The translations under genes were made by a program, and so were the position numbers. 64,000 nt of DNA from Elusimicrobiota bacterium (GTDB lineage Bacteria > Elusimicrobiota > Elusimicrobia > UBA1565 > UBA9628), in assembly GCA_013044195.1 (NCBI GenBank), contig JABEUV010000011.1, forward strand, positions 10,577 through 74,576, given 5' to 3'. The notes under the pieces were generated by a model. It was not told the origin of the DNA and did not search any database. It was given only the letters and a program-made list of their open reading frames with translations. Below, in pieces: positions 37,960-47,702 of this stretch (within the stretch, counting starts at the first letter, position 1; every line of letters begins with the position of its first letter).

Positions 37960-38925
37960 ATGAACGACAGCAACCCTTTGGATTTCCACGGTTCGGACCG
38001 CTGGGCCGTCATCTTGGGCGGGTCGTCCGGCTTCGGCCTGGCCACGGCCAAGCGCTTGGCGCGCGCCGGCTTCAACATCCTGATCGGCCATAAAGACAAG
38101 GAAGGCACGGTCGAGAGCGTCATCAAGCCCCACTTCGACGAGATCCGAAAGACGGGCGTCAAGCTGGTCACGCACAACGTCAACCTGTTCGACGACGAAG
38201 GGCGCGGCGAGGTCTTCGAGAGCATCATGACCAACGCCGGCTTGGGCAAGGTCCACCTGTTCATGCAGTCGATCGCGGCCGGCTCCTGCCGCCTGATGAT
38301 CGAGGACAAGACGCCGGATTTCCGCGGCCGCGCCATCCAAGGGCTGGCCGACGCGCTGGGGCTTCCCGCCGAAAAGGTCAAGGCCGCGGTGAACGCCGCG
38401 TTCCACGACAAGGGCTGCGACGCCCTGCACACGCTTGCCGACAGCCGCATCCCCTACCGTGAGGAACTGCTCACGCAGGACGACCTGGCCAAGACCATCT
38501 TCATGATGGGCTACGACTACCTGCTGTGGAGCCGCGAGCTATGTAAGGAAGGCTTGTTCACCAAGGACGCGCGCGTGGTGGCGATGACGTCCGAGGGCAA
38601 CGAGGTGGCGTGGAAGGGCTACGCCGCCGTCTCCGCCGCGAAGACGGCGCTGGAGGCGTCCTGCCGCGCGATGGCCGTGGAGCTGGCGCCTTACGGCGTG
38701 TCCTCCTATATTGTGCAGGCCGGCATCACGGACACGCCCGCCGGCAACGCAATTCCGAACTTCGACTTGATGAAGGCGCAGGCGCGCATCCGCAACCCGT
38801 TCCACCGCCTGACCACGCCCGAAGACATCGCCGAGACGATCCTGGGATTGTGCGGCCCGACTTTGCGCTGGGCCAACGGCACGATCCTGAGGATCGACGG
38901 CGGTGAGGCCATCTCCGGCCTCTGA
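37960..38925 (+). CDS. Enoyl-ACP-reductase-like SDR (FabI/FabL/FabV-like, Y-x6-K)
   Basis: VILGGSSGFGLATA nucleotide fold. Y-x6-K (YAAVSAAK) as in enoyl reductases. First gene of the FAS-like cluster. Confidence 0.55.
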   Translation: MNDSNPLDFHGSDRWAVILGGSSGFGLATAKRLARAGFNILIGHKDKEGTVESVIKPHFDEIRKTGVKLVTHNVNLFDDEGRGEVFESIMTNAGLGKVHLFMQSIAAGSCRLMIEDKTPDFRGRAIQGLADALGLPAEKVKAAVNAAFHDKGCDALHTLADSRIPYREELLTQDDLAKTIFMMGYDYLLWSRELCKEGLFTKDARVVAMTSEGNEVAWKGYAAVSAAKTALEASCRAMAVELAPYGVSSYIVQAGITDTPAGNAIPNFDLMKAQARIRNPFHRLTTPEDIAETILGLCGPTLRWANGTILRIDGGEAISGL

Positions 38926-39935
38926 TGAGCCAACCCTTCTACGTACACGGGATGGGCTGGGCCCTGCCCCAGAACGTGCTCGACGACGACTTCCTCCATA
39001 AAGAAGTCGGCCTGGAAAAAGGCCTGGACTGGAACCGCTCGCGGCTGGGCATCCACCAGCGCTACTCGGTGCTCTCGCGCGACTACATCAAGTCCACCAA
39101 GAACAGGGACCCGCTGGCGGCCATCGCCCACGCGCGCGCTCTCGGCGACACGCCGGTCACCATGGCCGTGCGCGCCGCCCAAGGCGCGCTGGCGCGCGCC
39201 GGCGTCAAGCCGGAGCAGATCGGCATGGTCGTCGCCAACAACGACACCCCGTTCGATCTTCTGCCGACCATGGCCAACTCGGTGGCCAAGGCCCTGGGCA
39301 TCGACGGCGGCCCGCACATCGACGTGAACTCCGCCTGCTCCTCTTTTGCGCGCCACATGAAGCTTCTAGGCGACACCAACGCCGCCGACTGGCCCGACTA
39401 CGTGCTGACCATCCAGAGCTCCGCCTACACCACCCGCACCGACTATTCGCCCAAAAGCATCGACGGCTACATCTGGGGCGACGGCGCCGCCGCCCAGATC
39501 AGCTCCCAGCGCCATCCCGGCCGCCTGCGCGTCGAGCCTCTGATCTTCGGCACCAGCCCCAAGGACGCCAACGCCATCACCGTCGACACCTGCGGCCTCT
39601 TCCGGCAGGACGGTGCTGCCGTGCGCGAGTTCTCCATCCGCAAAACCGTCGAGATGTTCGAGACCATCGCCGCGGCCAAGAAGCTCTACGCCGAGGACGT
39701 CTACACCGTCAGCCACCAAGCCAACTACGTGATGCAGGACTCCATTTTAGGCCACCTGCACCTGCCCCCCGAGCGCCACCTGCGCAACGTCCAAAGCCAA
39801 GGCAACATCGCCGCCGCCGGCGCGCCCTCGGTCATCGCCCAGAACTGGGACAAGTTCAAAAAGGGCGACCAGATCGTCTACGCGGTCCTGGGCGCGGGCC
39901 TGGCGTGGGGCGGCGGGTACATGGAGGTGCTGTGA
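38925..39935 (+). CDS. 3-Oxoacyl-ACP synthase III (FabH-like KAS III)
   Basis: Active-site block DVNSACSSF. C-terminal GAGLAWGG. 336 aa. Confidence 0.85.
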   Translation: MSQPFYVHGMGWALPQNVLDDDFLHKEVGLEKGLDWNRSRLGIHQRYSVLSRDYIKSTKNRDPLAAIAHARALGDTPVTMAVRAAQGALARAGVKPEQIGMVVANNDTPFDLLPTMANSVAKALGIDGGPHIDVNSACSSFARHMKLLGDTNAADWPDYVLTIQSSAYTTRTDYSPKSIDGYIWGDGAAAQISSQRHPGRLRVEPLIFGTSPKDANAITVDTCGLFRQDGAAVREFSIRKTVEMFETIAAAKKLYAEDVYTVSHQANYVMQDSILGHLHLPPERHLRNVQSQGNIAAAGAPSVIAQNWDKFKKGDQIVYAVLGAGLAWGGGYMEVL

Positions 39936-41035
39936 CGGTCGAATCCGTCCCCGACCTCTCCAGTCTGCCGACCGGGTTGCTGCGTCCGTTTCATGAGGTC
40001 CGGCTGGTGCGCTGGGACGAGGCTTCCGGCACGGGACGCATCGAGGTGGTGCGGCGCAACCGTTACGACGATTGGTTTTATGCCTGCCATTTCTTGGGCG
40101 ATCCGGTGATGCCGGGATGCTGGGGGCTTGACGGCGTGTGGCAGGCCTTGCGTTTGTTCGCGGCGTGGCGCGGCCTGTCCGGCAACTTCAAGCCGCTGAG
40201 CATGGAAGGCGTGTCCTTCTTCGGACAAATTCGGCCCCACGACAAAAACGTCGTGTATACGGTCGACGTGCTGTCGATCGAGCGCGACGGAAACGAGGCT
40301 CTGATCACGGCCAAGGCCTGCGTGTGCGTCGACGGCACGCCGGTCTACACGATCGATTCGGCCCAGGTAGGCACGGCGTTCTGGGACAGCGAGCCCGCCG
40401 CCGCGCCCAGCCTGCCCGACGCGCGGACGGAGCCGTATCGCGCCCCGCTGAGCTGGGACGAGTTCTCGCGCCGCGGCGCGTTTTCCGCCCCAGAAGTGAC
40501 CGCGCTGTCGCGCGGCACGCTCGTCAAAGACCCCCCCGGCGAGATGCCGCTTCTGCCCGATTCGCTGATGCTGGAGGTCACCGACGTGCGCCGCATCGTC
40601 GCCGATCCCGCCTCCGGCGAGGGCGAGGTGCTGGCCACGCGCGCCAACGGGCCCGACGAATGGTTCTTCCCCATGAACGCGGGGGTCAAGCCCGCGGCCT
40701 TGCTGGTCGACGGCGTGTGGCAGTTGATGGGCGTGTTTCACGCGTGGATCGGCTCCGCGGGCACCGGCCGCGCGCTGGGCTTCGAGCGCGTCGACTTCTT
40801 CGGCGAGGTGACGCCGCGCGACGCGCGCCTGGACTACCGCCTGCGCATACTCAAGTCCGTGCGCGCGCCCAACGGCGACGTGTTCGTGCGCGCCGACGCG
40901 GAGATTTTCGCCGGCGGACGCCGGATACTGTCCTGCGCGAACGCCAACGTGGGCTGTCACAAGAACATCCGCTATGCGGACTATCCGGTCGCCTCCGAGA
41001 TGGGCTTCGGCGGCAAACTCAAGATCAAGGAATAA
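39932..41035 (+). CDS. Double-hotdog FabA-like 3-hydroxyacyl-ACP dehydratase
   Basis: GTGA-coupled start. First hotdog carries the FabA active-site block CHFLGDPVMPGCWGLDGVWQ. Second degenerate hotdog (FFPMNAGVKPAALLVDGVWQ). Confidence 0.7.
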   Translation: MTVESVPDLSSLPTGLLRPFHEVRLVRWDEASGTGRIEVVRRNRYDDWFYACHFLGDPVMPGCWGLDGVWQALRLFAAWRGLSGNFKPLSMEGVSFFGQIRPHDKNVVYTVDVLSIERDGNEALITAKACVCVDGTPVYTIDSAQVGTAFWDSEPAAAPSLPDARTEPYRAPLSWDEFSRRGAFSAPEVTALSRGTLVKDPPGEMPLLPDSLMLEVTDVRRIVADPASGEGEVLATRANGPDEWFFPMNAGVKPAALLVDGVWQLMGVFHAWIGSAGTGRALGFERVDFFGEVTPRDARLDYRLRILKSVRAPNGDVFVRADAEIFAGGRRILSCANANVGCHKNIRYADYPVASEMGFGGKLKIKE

Positions 41036-41037
41036 CC

Positions 41038-41763
41038 ATGGCCGATATCGCGGTGGTGACGGGAGGCTCGGGCGGGATCGGGGCGGCGATCGCGAAGATG
41101 ATCCACGCCAAGTCCGACGGCCAATTGACCGTCTGCATTCACTACAACGGCAACGAGGCCGCGGCCAAGGCGGTCGCGGCCGAAATCCCGGGCTCGTTCA
41201 TCGTGAAGGCCGATCTCTCCACCGGCGAAGGCCGCAAGGCCCTTTTGGACGCCGTGCTGGCGAAAGGCACGCCGTTTTGTTTGATCAACAACGCCGGCAT
41301 CGACAAGCCGCACGAACCGGCGCTGATGGTCGACGAGGCGTCGTTCGACAAGATCATCAACACCAATCTGCGCGCGCCGTTGTTTCTGATGCGCGACTTC
41401 GCCAAGGAAATGGCGCGCAACGAGGCGGGCGTCATCGTCAACATCTCCTCGGTGCTGGCGCGCAAGGCCGTGATCGGCTCCGCGCTGTATCGCGCCTCCA
41501 AGGCCGCGCTGGAGGCGCTGACCATGCAGTTCGCCGCCGAACTGGGCCCCAAGGGCCTGCGCGTGGTCGCCGTGGCCCCCGGCTTCATCGAGACCGCCAT
41601 GACCGCGGGCATCCCTGAGGACCAGCGCGCGGGCATCAAGAAGGACGTGGCGCTCGGCGCCTTCGGCTCGCCCGACGCCGTGGCCGAGACCGTGTGGCAC
41701 GCCGTCGAAAACCAATACCTCAACGGTGCCGTGATCGCCGTGGACGGAGGAATGCACCTCTAA
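41038..41763 (+). CDS. 3-Oxoacyl-ACP reductase (FabG-like SDR)
   Basis: VVTGGSGGIGAAIA, NNAG, and catalytic S...YRASKAAL. Confidence 0.85.
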   Translation: MADIAVVTGGSGGIGAAIAKMIHAKSDGQLTVCIHYNGNEAAAKAVAAEIPGSFIVKADLSTGEGRKALLDAVLAKGTPFCLINNAGIDKPHEPALMVDEASFDKIINTNLRAPLFLMRDFAKEMARNEAGVIVNISSVLARKAVIGSALYRASKAALEALTMQFAAELGPKGLRVVAVAPGFIETAMTAGIPEDQRAGIKKDVALGAFGSPDAVAETVWHAVENQYLNGAVIAVDGGMHL

Positions 41764-42251
41764 TGACGATCTTGAACCCCGCCGAAGTCTTGAAGATGAT
41801 TCCGCAGCAGCGCCCCATGCGCTTCGTCGACGACATTCTGGAGCTCGACGACGAGCACATCCTCGGCACCTACACGTGGAAGGACGAGGACTGCGAAGGC
41901 CACTTTCCCGGCTACCCGGTGGTGCCCGGCGTCAAGCTCATCGAGATGGCCGCGCAGGTGGGCTCGGTGGGCTGGTGCATCTACCATATCGCCAAGACCG
42001 TGAGCCCCGCGGAGATCAGCCAGCTGGTGGGCTTTTTCACCTCGGTGGAGAAAGCCGTCTTTAAAAAGCCCGTGCGCCCCGGCGAGCGCGTAATCGCGCA
42101 GGCGAGCTTCGGCGACGCCGGCTATTTCCGCGGCAACAAGCTGGTCAGCGAAGTCGAGATTCAGTTCCACGGCGGACCGAAGGACGGGGAGACCGTATTC
42201 CTCGGCACCACCGCCGGCATGTTCGTGCCGAAGAACACGGAGGGAAATTGA
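41763..42251 (+). CDS. 3-Hydroxyacyl-ACP dehydratase FabZ-like
   Basis: GHFPGYPVVPGVKLIEMAAQ active-site motif. 162 aa. Confidence 0.85.
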   Translation: MTILNPAEVLKMIPQQRPMRFVDDILELDDEHILGTYTWKDEDCEGHFPGYPVVPGVKLIEMAAQVGSVGWCIYHIAKTVSPAEISQLVGFFTSVEKAVFKKPVRPGERVIAQASFGDAGYFRGNKLVSEVEIQFHGGPKDGETVFLGTTAGMFVPKNTEGN

Positions 42252-43561
42252 GCTTTCCGAAACGAATCGTCGTCACCGGTCTGGGCGTCGTCGCACCCAA
42301 CGGGCTGGGCCTGGAGGCCTACCGCGCCGCACTGAAGGCCGGCAAGTCCGGCATCTCCCATCACGAGGAGCTCAAGGCCTTGAACTTCGCCTGCCAGATC
42401 GGCGGCAAGCCGCCGGTCGGCCCCGACGAGGCCGAGGCGCTGATTCCCGAGGCGGACCTCGCCAAGCTCAACGAGGCCATGGTCTACGCGACCATGGCCG
42501 CCGTCGAGGCCGCGCGCATGTCGGGCGTCAGCATCGACCTGAAGAAAGGCTATCAAGACACGCCCGTGGACTGGGACACGGGTGCTATCATCGGCTGCGG
42601 CATCGGCGGCATGGACACGATGCTTGATGAACTTGGTCCGGTGATGAGCCAAGCCGCGGACGGAGAACCCGGCATGGGCTGCCGTCCGATGGGCACCGAT
42701 ATCGTGCCCAAGATCATGGAGAGCTCGGTCTCCGTCGCGGTCGGCAAGTTCCTGGGACTGGGCGGACAGACGACGACGAACTCCTCCGCCTGCAACACGG
42801 GAACCGAAGCCATCTTCGAGGCCTTCAAGCACCTCCAGATGGGCTACGGCGAATCCATGTACGCCGGCGGCGCCGAGGGCACGCACGCGGGCACCTGGTC
42901 GGGCTTCGACGCCATGCGCGACGTGCTGTGCTCCAAGTTCAACGACATGCCCGAGAAGGGCTCCCAGCCCATGGGCGCCGGCGCCTGCGGCTTCGTTCCG
43001 GCCGGCGGCGCGGGCGTGGTGCGCCTGGAGACCTTGGAGCACGCGCAGAAGCGCGGCGCCAAGATCTTGGTCGAGCTGGTCGCCGCCTATTGCAACTCCG
43101 GCGGCCAGCGCGACGGCGGCACCATGACCTTCCCCAACCCGGACGGAGTCGCGCGCTGCATCCGGCGCGTGCTCAAGGACTCCGGCGTGGACCCCAAGCG
43201 CATCTCCCTCATCAACGGCCATCTGACCTCCACCGGCGCGGACCCGCGCGAGGTCGGCTCTTGGATCAAGGCGCTGGAACTGCCTTTGGACAAGTTCCCG
43301 CTGATCCAGTCCACGAAGTCCATGATCGGACACACGTTGGGTGCGGCCGGGGCGCTGGAGTCCGTCGCCGCGATCGACCAGTTGGTCCACGGCTACGTGC
43401 ATCCGTCGATCAACTCCGAGAACGTTCATCCCCAGATCCCGATCGGCGCGAGCATTCCCCACGAAATGAAGATCAAGGAGCTCGAGTACGTGGTCAAGGC
43501 CAGCTTCGGCTTCGGCGACGTCAACGGCTGCCTGCTCTTCAAACGCTGGGACGGCAAGTGA
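42248..43561 (+). CDS. Beta-ketoacyl-ACP synthase I/II (FabF/FabB-like)
   Basis: RIVVTGLGVVAPNG N-terminus. Cys block SSACNTGTEA. His blocks GHLTSTGA and IGHTLGAAG. TTG start overlapping the fabZ stop. Confidence 0.85.
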   Translation: MSFPKRIVVTGLGVVAPNGLGLEAYRAALKAGKSGISHHEELKALNFACQIGGKPPVGPDEAEALIPEADLAKLNEAMVYATMAAVEAARMSGVSIDLKKGYQDTPVDWDTGAIIGCGIGGMDTMLDELGPVMSQAADGEPGMGCRPMGTDIVPKIMESSVSVAVGKFLGLGGQTTTNSSACNTGTEAIFEAFKHLQMGYGESMYAGGAEGTHAGTWSGFDAMRDVLCSKFNDMPEKGSQPMGAGACGFVPAGGAGVVRLETLEHAQKRGAKILVELVAAYCNSGGQRDGGTMTFPNPDGVARCIRRVLKDSGVDPKRISLINGHLTSTGADPREVGSWIKALELPLDKFPLIQSTKSMIGHTLGAAGALESVAAIDQLVHGYVHPSINSENVHPQIPIGASIPHEMKIKELEYVVKASFGFGDVNGCLLFKRWDGK

Positions 43562-43600
43562 TATAATTCCGGTTCTAGCCCGCACCCAGGAGAAACCATC

Positions 43601-44500
43601 ATGGCATTCATGCGCAAACAGGCGGTCGTCGAGGCGACGGACATCAACACTTTGCCCCCCGACGAGGTGGAGAAGCGGATCACGGCCGGCGTCAAGAAAT
43701 ACGCAACCAACGAGGCGAACTTCGCCAAGGCCGACGGCAACACGCCCTACCTGGGCCAGATCGTCGGCATGGGCATCGAGTCGTCCAACCTGGCCGACAT
43801 CACCATGTCCATCGAGCGCCAGTTCCTGACCAAGCTCACCACGAAGGTCCCCCTCGCCGACGGCTCGGCCGAGTACAAGCTGGCCCCCGGCGAACTGGGC
43901 AAGCTGCGCATCCTCGACGGCCAGGACGCGCTGGCCGCGACCCCGGGCCTGTCGGTCAAGATGCTCATGGACCTGGGCCATATGCCGTCCTCTGCGTCGT
44001 ATCTCGATAAAGTCGTCTCGTTCGCCTACATCATGGCCTGCGGCGACGGCTGGAAGATGGCCGACGCGCTCAAGAAGATGACCGCGAAAGCCGAGAAGCT
44101 GGCAGGTGCTGAGCGCGCCGACGCGCTGTCCAACGTCAAGACCCTCGCCGCACAGGCCAAGGACTACGACACTCTGCTGGCCGACGCGGCCAAGCTCTCC
44201 GCCGCCAAGCAGAAGACCTACCTGAGCGACAAGGCCTCCTGCGACGCGCTCGACAACGAACTCAACGTCGTGCTCGACAAGATCAAGGGCCACTCCGGCG
44301 GCGACGCCGCCGCGATCGCCAAGCTGCGCACCGAGGAAGCCGAAGTCCGCACCCGCCTCAAGATGTCCGCGGCGAAGCTGCGCGTCTCCAAGGACGTGGC
44401 CGAGGCCGCCGGTCGGCGCCGACCCATTGAGGACCAGAAAGTCGCCGAGGTCCGCAAGGCCCTCCAGGAGGCCGTCGCCGCGGCCCAGACGCTCGCCTAA
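43601..44500 (+). CDS. Hypothetical protein within the FAS-like cluster
   Basis: 299 aa, Ala/Lys-rich and predicted helical. No motif recognised. Confidence 0.3.
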   Translation: MAFMRKQAVVEATDINTLPPDEVEKRITAGVKKYATNEANFAKADGNTPYLGQIVGMGIESSNLADITMSIERQFLTKLTTKVPLADGSAEYKLAPGELGKLRILDGQDALAATPGLSVKMLMDLGHMPSSASYLDKVVSFAYIMACGDGWKMADALKKMTAKAEKLAGAERADALSNVKTLAAQAKDYDTLLADAAKLSAAKQKTYLSDKASCDALDNELNVVLDKIKGHSGGDAAAIAKLRTEEAEVRTRLKMSAAKLRVSKDVAEAAGRRRPIEDQKVAEVRKALQEAVAAAQTLA

Positions 44501-44501
44501 G

Positions 44502-45908
44502 ATGGCGCTGACGCCCGAGGACATCCAAAGCCTCCGGCGACAGCGCCTGATCAGCCGCGCGGTCGCCGTTCCGCTGTCGTTGTTCGTGGCGGTGACCGCG
44601 CGGCTTCGCTTTCGCTACGGCCTGGCCGACGCCGCGCGCCTGCGCGCGGAGATCTGGGCCAAGCTCGACGCTCACGACGGACCGGTCATCTGGGCGGCCA
44701 ACCACCTGACCTTGATCGATTCCTTCCTGGTCTACTGGGCGATCTTCCCCCTGTCGCGCGTGCTGGAAGACCGCCTGATTCCCTGGTCCACGCCCGAGTA
44801 CACGAACTACTACAAGCTGGGCGGCCCCTTCAAGGCGGCCTTCATCCGCGCGCTGCTCTACTGCTGCCGCTGCGTGCCGTTCCTGCGCGGCGGCGAGGAC
44901 GCGGCCTCCGAGGCCTGGCGTCAGAAAGCCTACGACAAATGCGTCTGGCTCCTGCGCCAAGGCGGCTCCGTGTTCGTCTACCCGGAGGCCGGCCGCTCGC
45001 GCTCCGGCTGGTTCGAGGCGCGCCGCCCGAAGGATTTTCTCGGCCGCATGGCCATCGACGTCCCCAACGCGAAAATTCTGTGCGTCTACCTGCGCGCCGA
45101 TGGACAGTTGGCCACCACCGTGCGGCCGCCCGAAGGCTCCGTGTTCCGCGTGCGCTGCGACCTGATCGACGGCACGCGTCCCGGCGAGACGAACCCGCGC
45201 GAAGTCTCCCAGCGCCTGTTCGACCGCATCGCAGCACTTCAGAACGAGTGGTGGCGCGACTGCCCCTTGCCCAAGAACTGCGCCGGCAACGACGTCGTCG
45301 ACCTGAAAGCCCCCCTTCTCCAGGAAAATTTTTCCGAGGACCTGTCCGACGCCGACCCCGAGTGGCTGGAACGCCACCTGACGCCCCGCGAGCTGGCGGG
45401 CCTGCGCGCCAAGTCCGGCGTGGAGTTCTTCCGGACCTTTTGGCGCGTGTTCGCCGCCAAGGAAGCCTGCCACAAGGCCTTGGCGCGCGCGGGACTGACC
45501 ATACCCAACGGCGCATTTTGCGAACTGGAGGTCGACTTGTTCCGCCGCAAGGCCGCGCACGTCCCCACCGGCCTCCAGCTGGACCTGCGCTTCACCGACG
45601 ACGACGAGGACAAGCTTCACTGCTTGGCCGTCCTGCGCGGCGGCTTCATCGGCGACGAGACCGCCGAGGGCGACGCCGTCTGGGACGTCTGCGAGGCGCC
45701 GCCCGGCGTTGCCCCCGGCGCCTTCGCCCGCGAGCGCGCGCTGGAGTTCATCGCCTCCTGCAACGACGAGCTGGGCGGCCCCACCGCCCTTGCCCTGTCC
45801 GAGGACGGCGGCCTGCCGACCGTCCTCTGGCGCGGCAAGCCCCAGGACTGGAGCTTGACGCTGTCGCACTCGGGCCGCTACGCCGCCTGCGCCTTCATGG
45901 TCTCGTAG
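44502..45908 (+). CDS. Fusion: lysophospholipid/glycerol-phosphate-type acyltransferase (LPLAT) + AcpS-type 4'-phosphopantetheinyl transferase
   Basis: N-terminal half has the acyltransferase HX4D box (ANHLTLIDS) and VFVYPEAGRS. C-terminal ~170 aa has PPTase motifs GNDVVDL, FAAKEACHKA and LSHSGRYAACAF. Confidence 0.7.
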   Translation: MALTPEDIQSLRRQRLISRAVAVPLSLFVAVTARLRFRYGLADAARLRAEIWAKLDAHDGPVIWAANHLTLIDSFLVYWAIFPLSRVLEDRLIPWSTPEYTNYYKLGGPFKAAFIRALLYCCRCVPFLRGGEDAASEAWRQKAYDKCVWLLRQGGSVFVYPEAGRSRSGWFEARRPKDFLGRMAIDVPNAKILCVYLRADGQLATTVRPPEGSVFRVRCDLIDGTRPGETNPREVSQRLFDRIAALQNEWWRDCPLPKNCAGNDVVDLKAPLLQENFSEDLSDADPEWLERHLTPRELAGLRAKSGVEFFRTFWRVFAAKEACHKALARAGLTIPNGAFCELEVDLFRRKAAHVPTGLQLDLRFTDDDEDKLHCLAVLRGGFIGDETAEGDAVWDVCEAPPGVAPGAFARERALEFIASCNDELGGPTALALSEDGGLPTVLWRGKPQDWSLTLSHSGRYAACAFMVS

Positions 45909-46321
45909 GCGCTACGGCCTCCGTGAAAACCCGATAGCCGCGCGAGATGCGCCGGGCTCTTCTTCCATCGATATGCGCCCGACGGCCTTTACGAGAGGAT
46001 AATACGTCGCTGAACAGGTTCCACGCGTCCAGGAAGGTCACGCAATTCAACGAGCTCTTGCGGGGACGATTTAGCCAAGAAACGAGCGCGTCAATGTCCA
46101 GCGGCTTACGATTGGCCTGCGCAGAAACTTTGAGTCCGTGCTTCGCGGCATAACGACGCCGTCCGCGGAAAGCCGATCGCCCTCCCGCCAAATCAACGCA
46201 CGGATGACCCCATTGAGACGATATTTATACGGGAAATGATTTGCCAGGCCGTCGCGCATCCCTTTCGTCCGAACCATTGAGGCAGTATATCCCCCACGCC
46301 TCCTCTGTGTCGATGCCGAAT

Positions 46322-46367
46322 ATCCCTGTATATTCAGACCTCTAAAATAGACTAAATATACAGGGAT
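46322..46367 (+). promoter_or_regulatory. Perfect 13-bp inverted repeat (ATCCCTGTATATT-N20-AATATACAGGGAT) overlapping the start codon of the XRE regulator
   Basis: Arms at 46322-46334 and 46355-46367. The right arm ends inside the ATG at 46366. AT-rich relative to the surrounding sequence. Confidence 0.4.
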
Positions 46368-46737
46368 GGGACGACAGACTTACGTCGCGCTGCCGGACAG
46401 GCAGGCGCTCAACAAGACGCTGCTGTTCGCCAAAGACGCGCCTACCGCTGCGGGGCAGCCGGCGCGGGTGTATGTGCGCGCGCTCCGGGCCGCGCTGAGG
46501 ATGACGCAAGCACAGCTTGCGCGGCGAGCCGGGGTAGCCAAATCGCACGTGGCGCTCATCGAAGCCGGTACCGCGAACGTCGGCGTCGAAACGCTGCGCA
46601 AGGTCTTCGACGCGATGTTTTGCGACCTTCTGGTCATCCCTAAGCCGCGCAAAAAACCGACGCAGGCGCTGGCGGAGCGCGAACTCGAACGTCTGAGGGA
46701 GCCGCGATATTACGAAAAGCGCGGACCCTGGGATTGA
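46366..46737 (+). CDS. XRE-family (Cro/C1-type HTH) transcriptional regulator
   Basis: LRMTQAQLARRAGVAKSHVALIEAG helix-turn-helix. Confidence 0.75.
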   Translation: MGRQTYVALPDRQALNKTLLFAKDAPTAAGQPARVYVRALRAALRMTQAQLARRAGVAKSHVALIEAGTANVGVETLRKVFDAMFCDLLVIPKPRKKPTQALAERELERLREPRYYEKRGPWD

Positions 46738-46751
46738 GGTAGAATATCGCC

Positions 46752-47702
46752 ATGAATGAGGCATTCCTGGCCGCGGCGCTGGCGGTTTTCCCGGGCGCGG
46801 ACCGGAATATGGCCTTGCCCGATCCGCCGCCCTTGCCGCCGGCGTGGGTCCAGGGCACGTTCGCGGCCGAAGACGGCACGCCGCTGAACTACGAATACCG
46901 TCCCGGCAGCGGCCCGGCCGTGGTGCTGGTGCACGGGCTCGGCATCGGCGCGGACGGCTTCGACGGCTGGCGCGGCTTCTTCGCGGGGCGGCCGCTGATG
47001 ATCTTGGAGCGGCGCGGCTACGGCTCGCCCATGGGCTTGGTCGACGCGACCGACGTGGGCGCCGTCAACCAGGCCGACGTCTCCGCGGCCGTCGACGAGG
47101 CTCTGCGTCTGGACGGCGGCCAACCCGTCGGCGTGCTCGGTTACTCGCTGGGCGCGCTCCTGCTGACCGCGCCGGACCCCGCGCGCGTGCGCTGGCTGGC
47201 GCTGGTCTGCCCGGGCGTGCCGGGCATGGCCGCCGACCTGCCGGCGGCCGAACAGGCCCTGGCCGCGCAGACGCGCTACTGGTATGGAGTGGCGAGCGCC
47301 GGCGGAACGGCCGCGCGGGATTCCTGGCTCATGTCGGTCGTCGCACCGGGAGTCCTGGAACTGGCGACGACCGCGCGCGGGCTGGGCCTCTCGACGGCCG
47401 CCGACGAGGTGACCGCCGATGCGGCTTCGCCCGATTTTCTCAACCTCTACACCGAGGAGTCTCTCTGGGCATACGCCCAGACTCACGGCTTTACGCCCAA
47501 CCCCGGCGTGCCGGTGTTCGTCGGCTACGCCGAGAATGACCTTGTCGTGCCCCCGGCGGCCGTCCAAAGCCGCGTCGGACGGCTGGAATCCCAGGGCGCG
47601 CACGTCAGCGTCGCGCATTGGCCCGGCGACCACCTCGACGCTCTCGCCCATCCGGGACTGGTGCGCTCCGCGCTTGAGTCCTTCGACGCAGGAACTCCAT
47701 GA
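46752..47702 (+). CDS. Alpha/beta-fold hydrolase (possible thioesterase/esterase)
   Basis: VVLVHGLG oxyanion region, nucleophile elbow GYSLG, C-terminal His region (WPGDHLDALAHP). Confidence 0.7.
   Translation: MNEAFLAAALAVFPGADRNMALPDPPPLPPAWVQGTFAAEDGTPLNYEYRPGSGPAVVLVHGLGIGADGFDGWRGFFAGRPLMILERRGYGSPMGLVDATDVGAVNQADVSAAVDEALRLDGGQPVGVLGYSLGALLLTAPDPARVRWLALVCPGVPGMAADLPAAEQALAAQTRYWYGVASAGGTAARDSWLMSVVAPGVLELATTARGLGLSTAADEVTADAASPDFLNLYTEESLWAYAQTHGFTPNPGVPVFVGYAENDLVVPPAAVQSRVGRLESQGAHVSVAHWPGDHLDALAHPGLVRSALESFDAGTP

Noticed and set aside
42161-44524. 787-aa minus-strand ORF antisense to the KAS I/II and hypothetical genes
   Set aside because: No motifs. The opposite strand carries a canonical FabF/FabB-like sequence.
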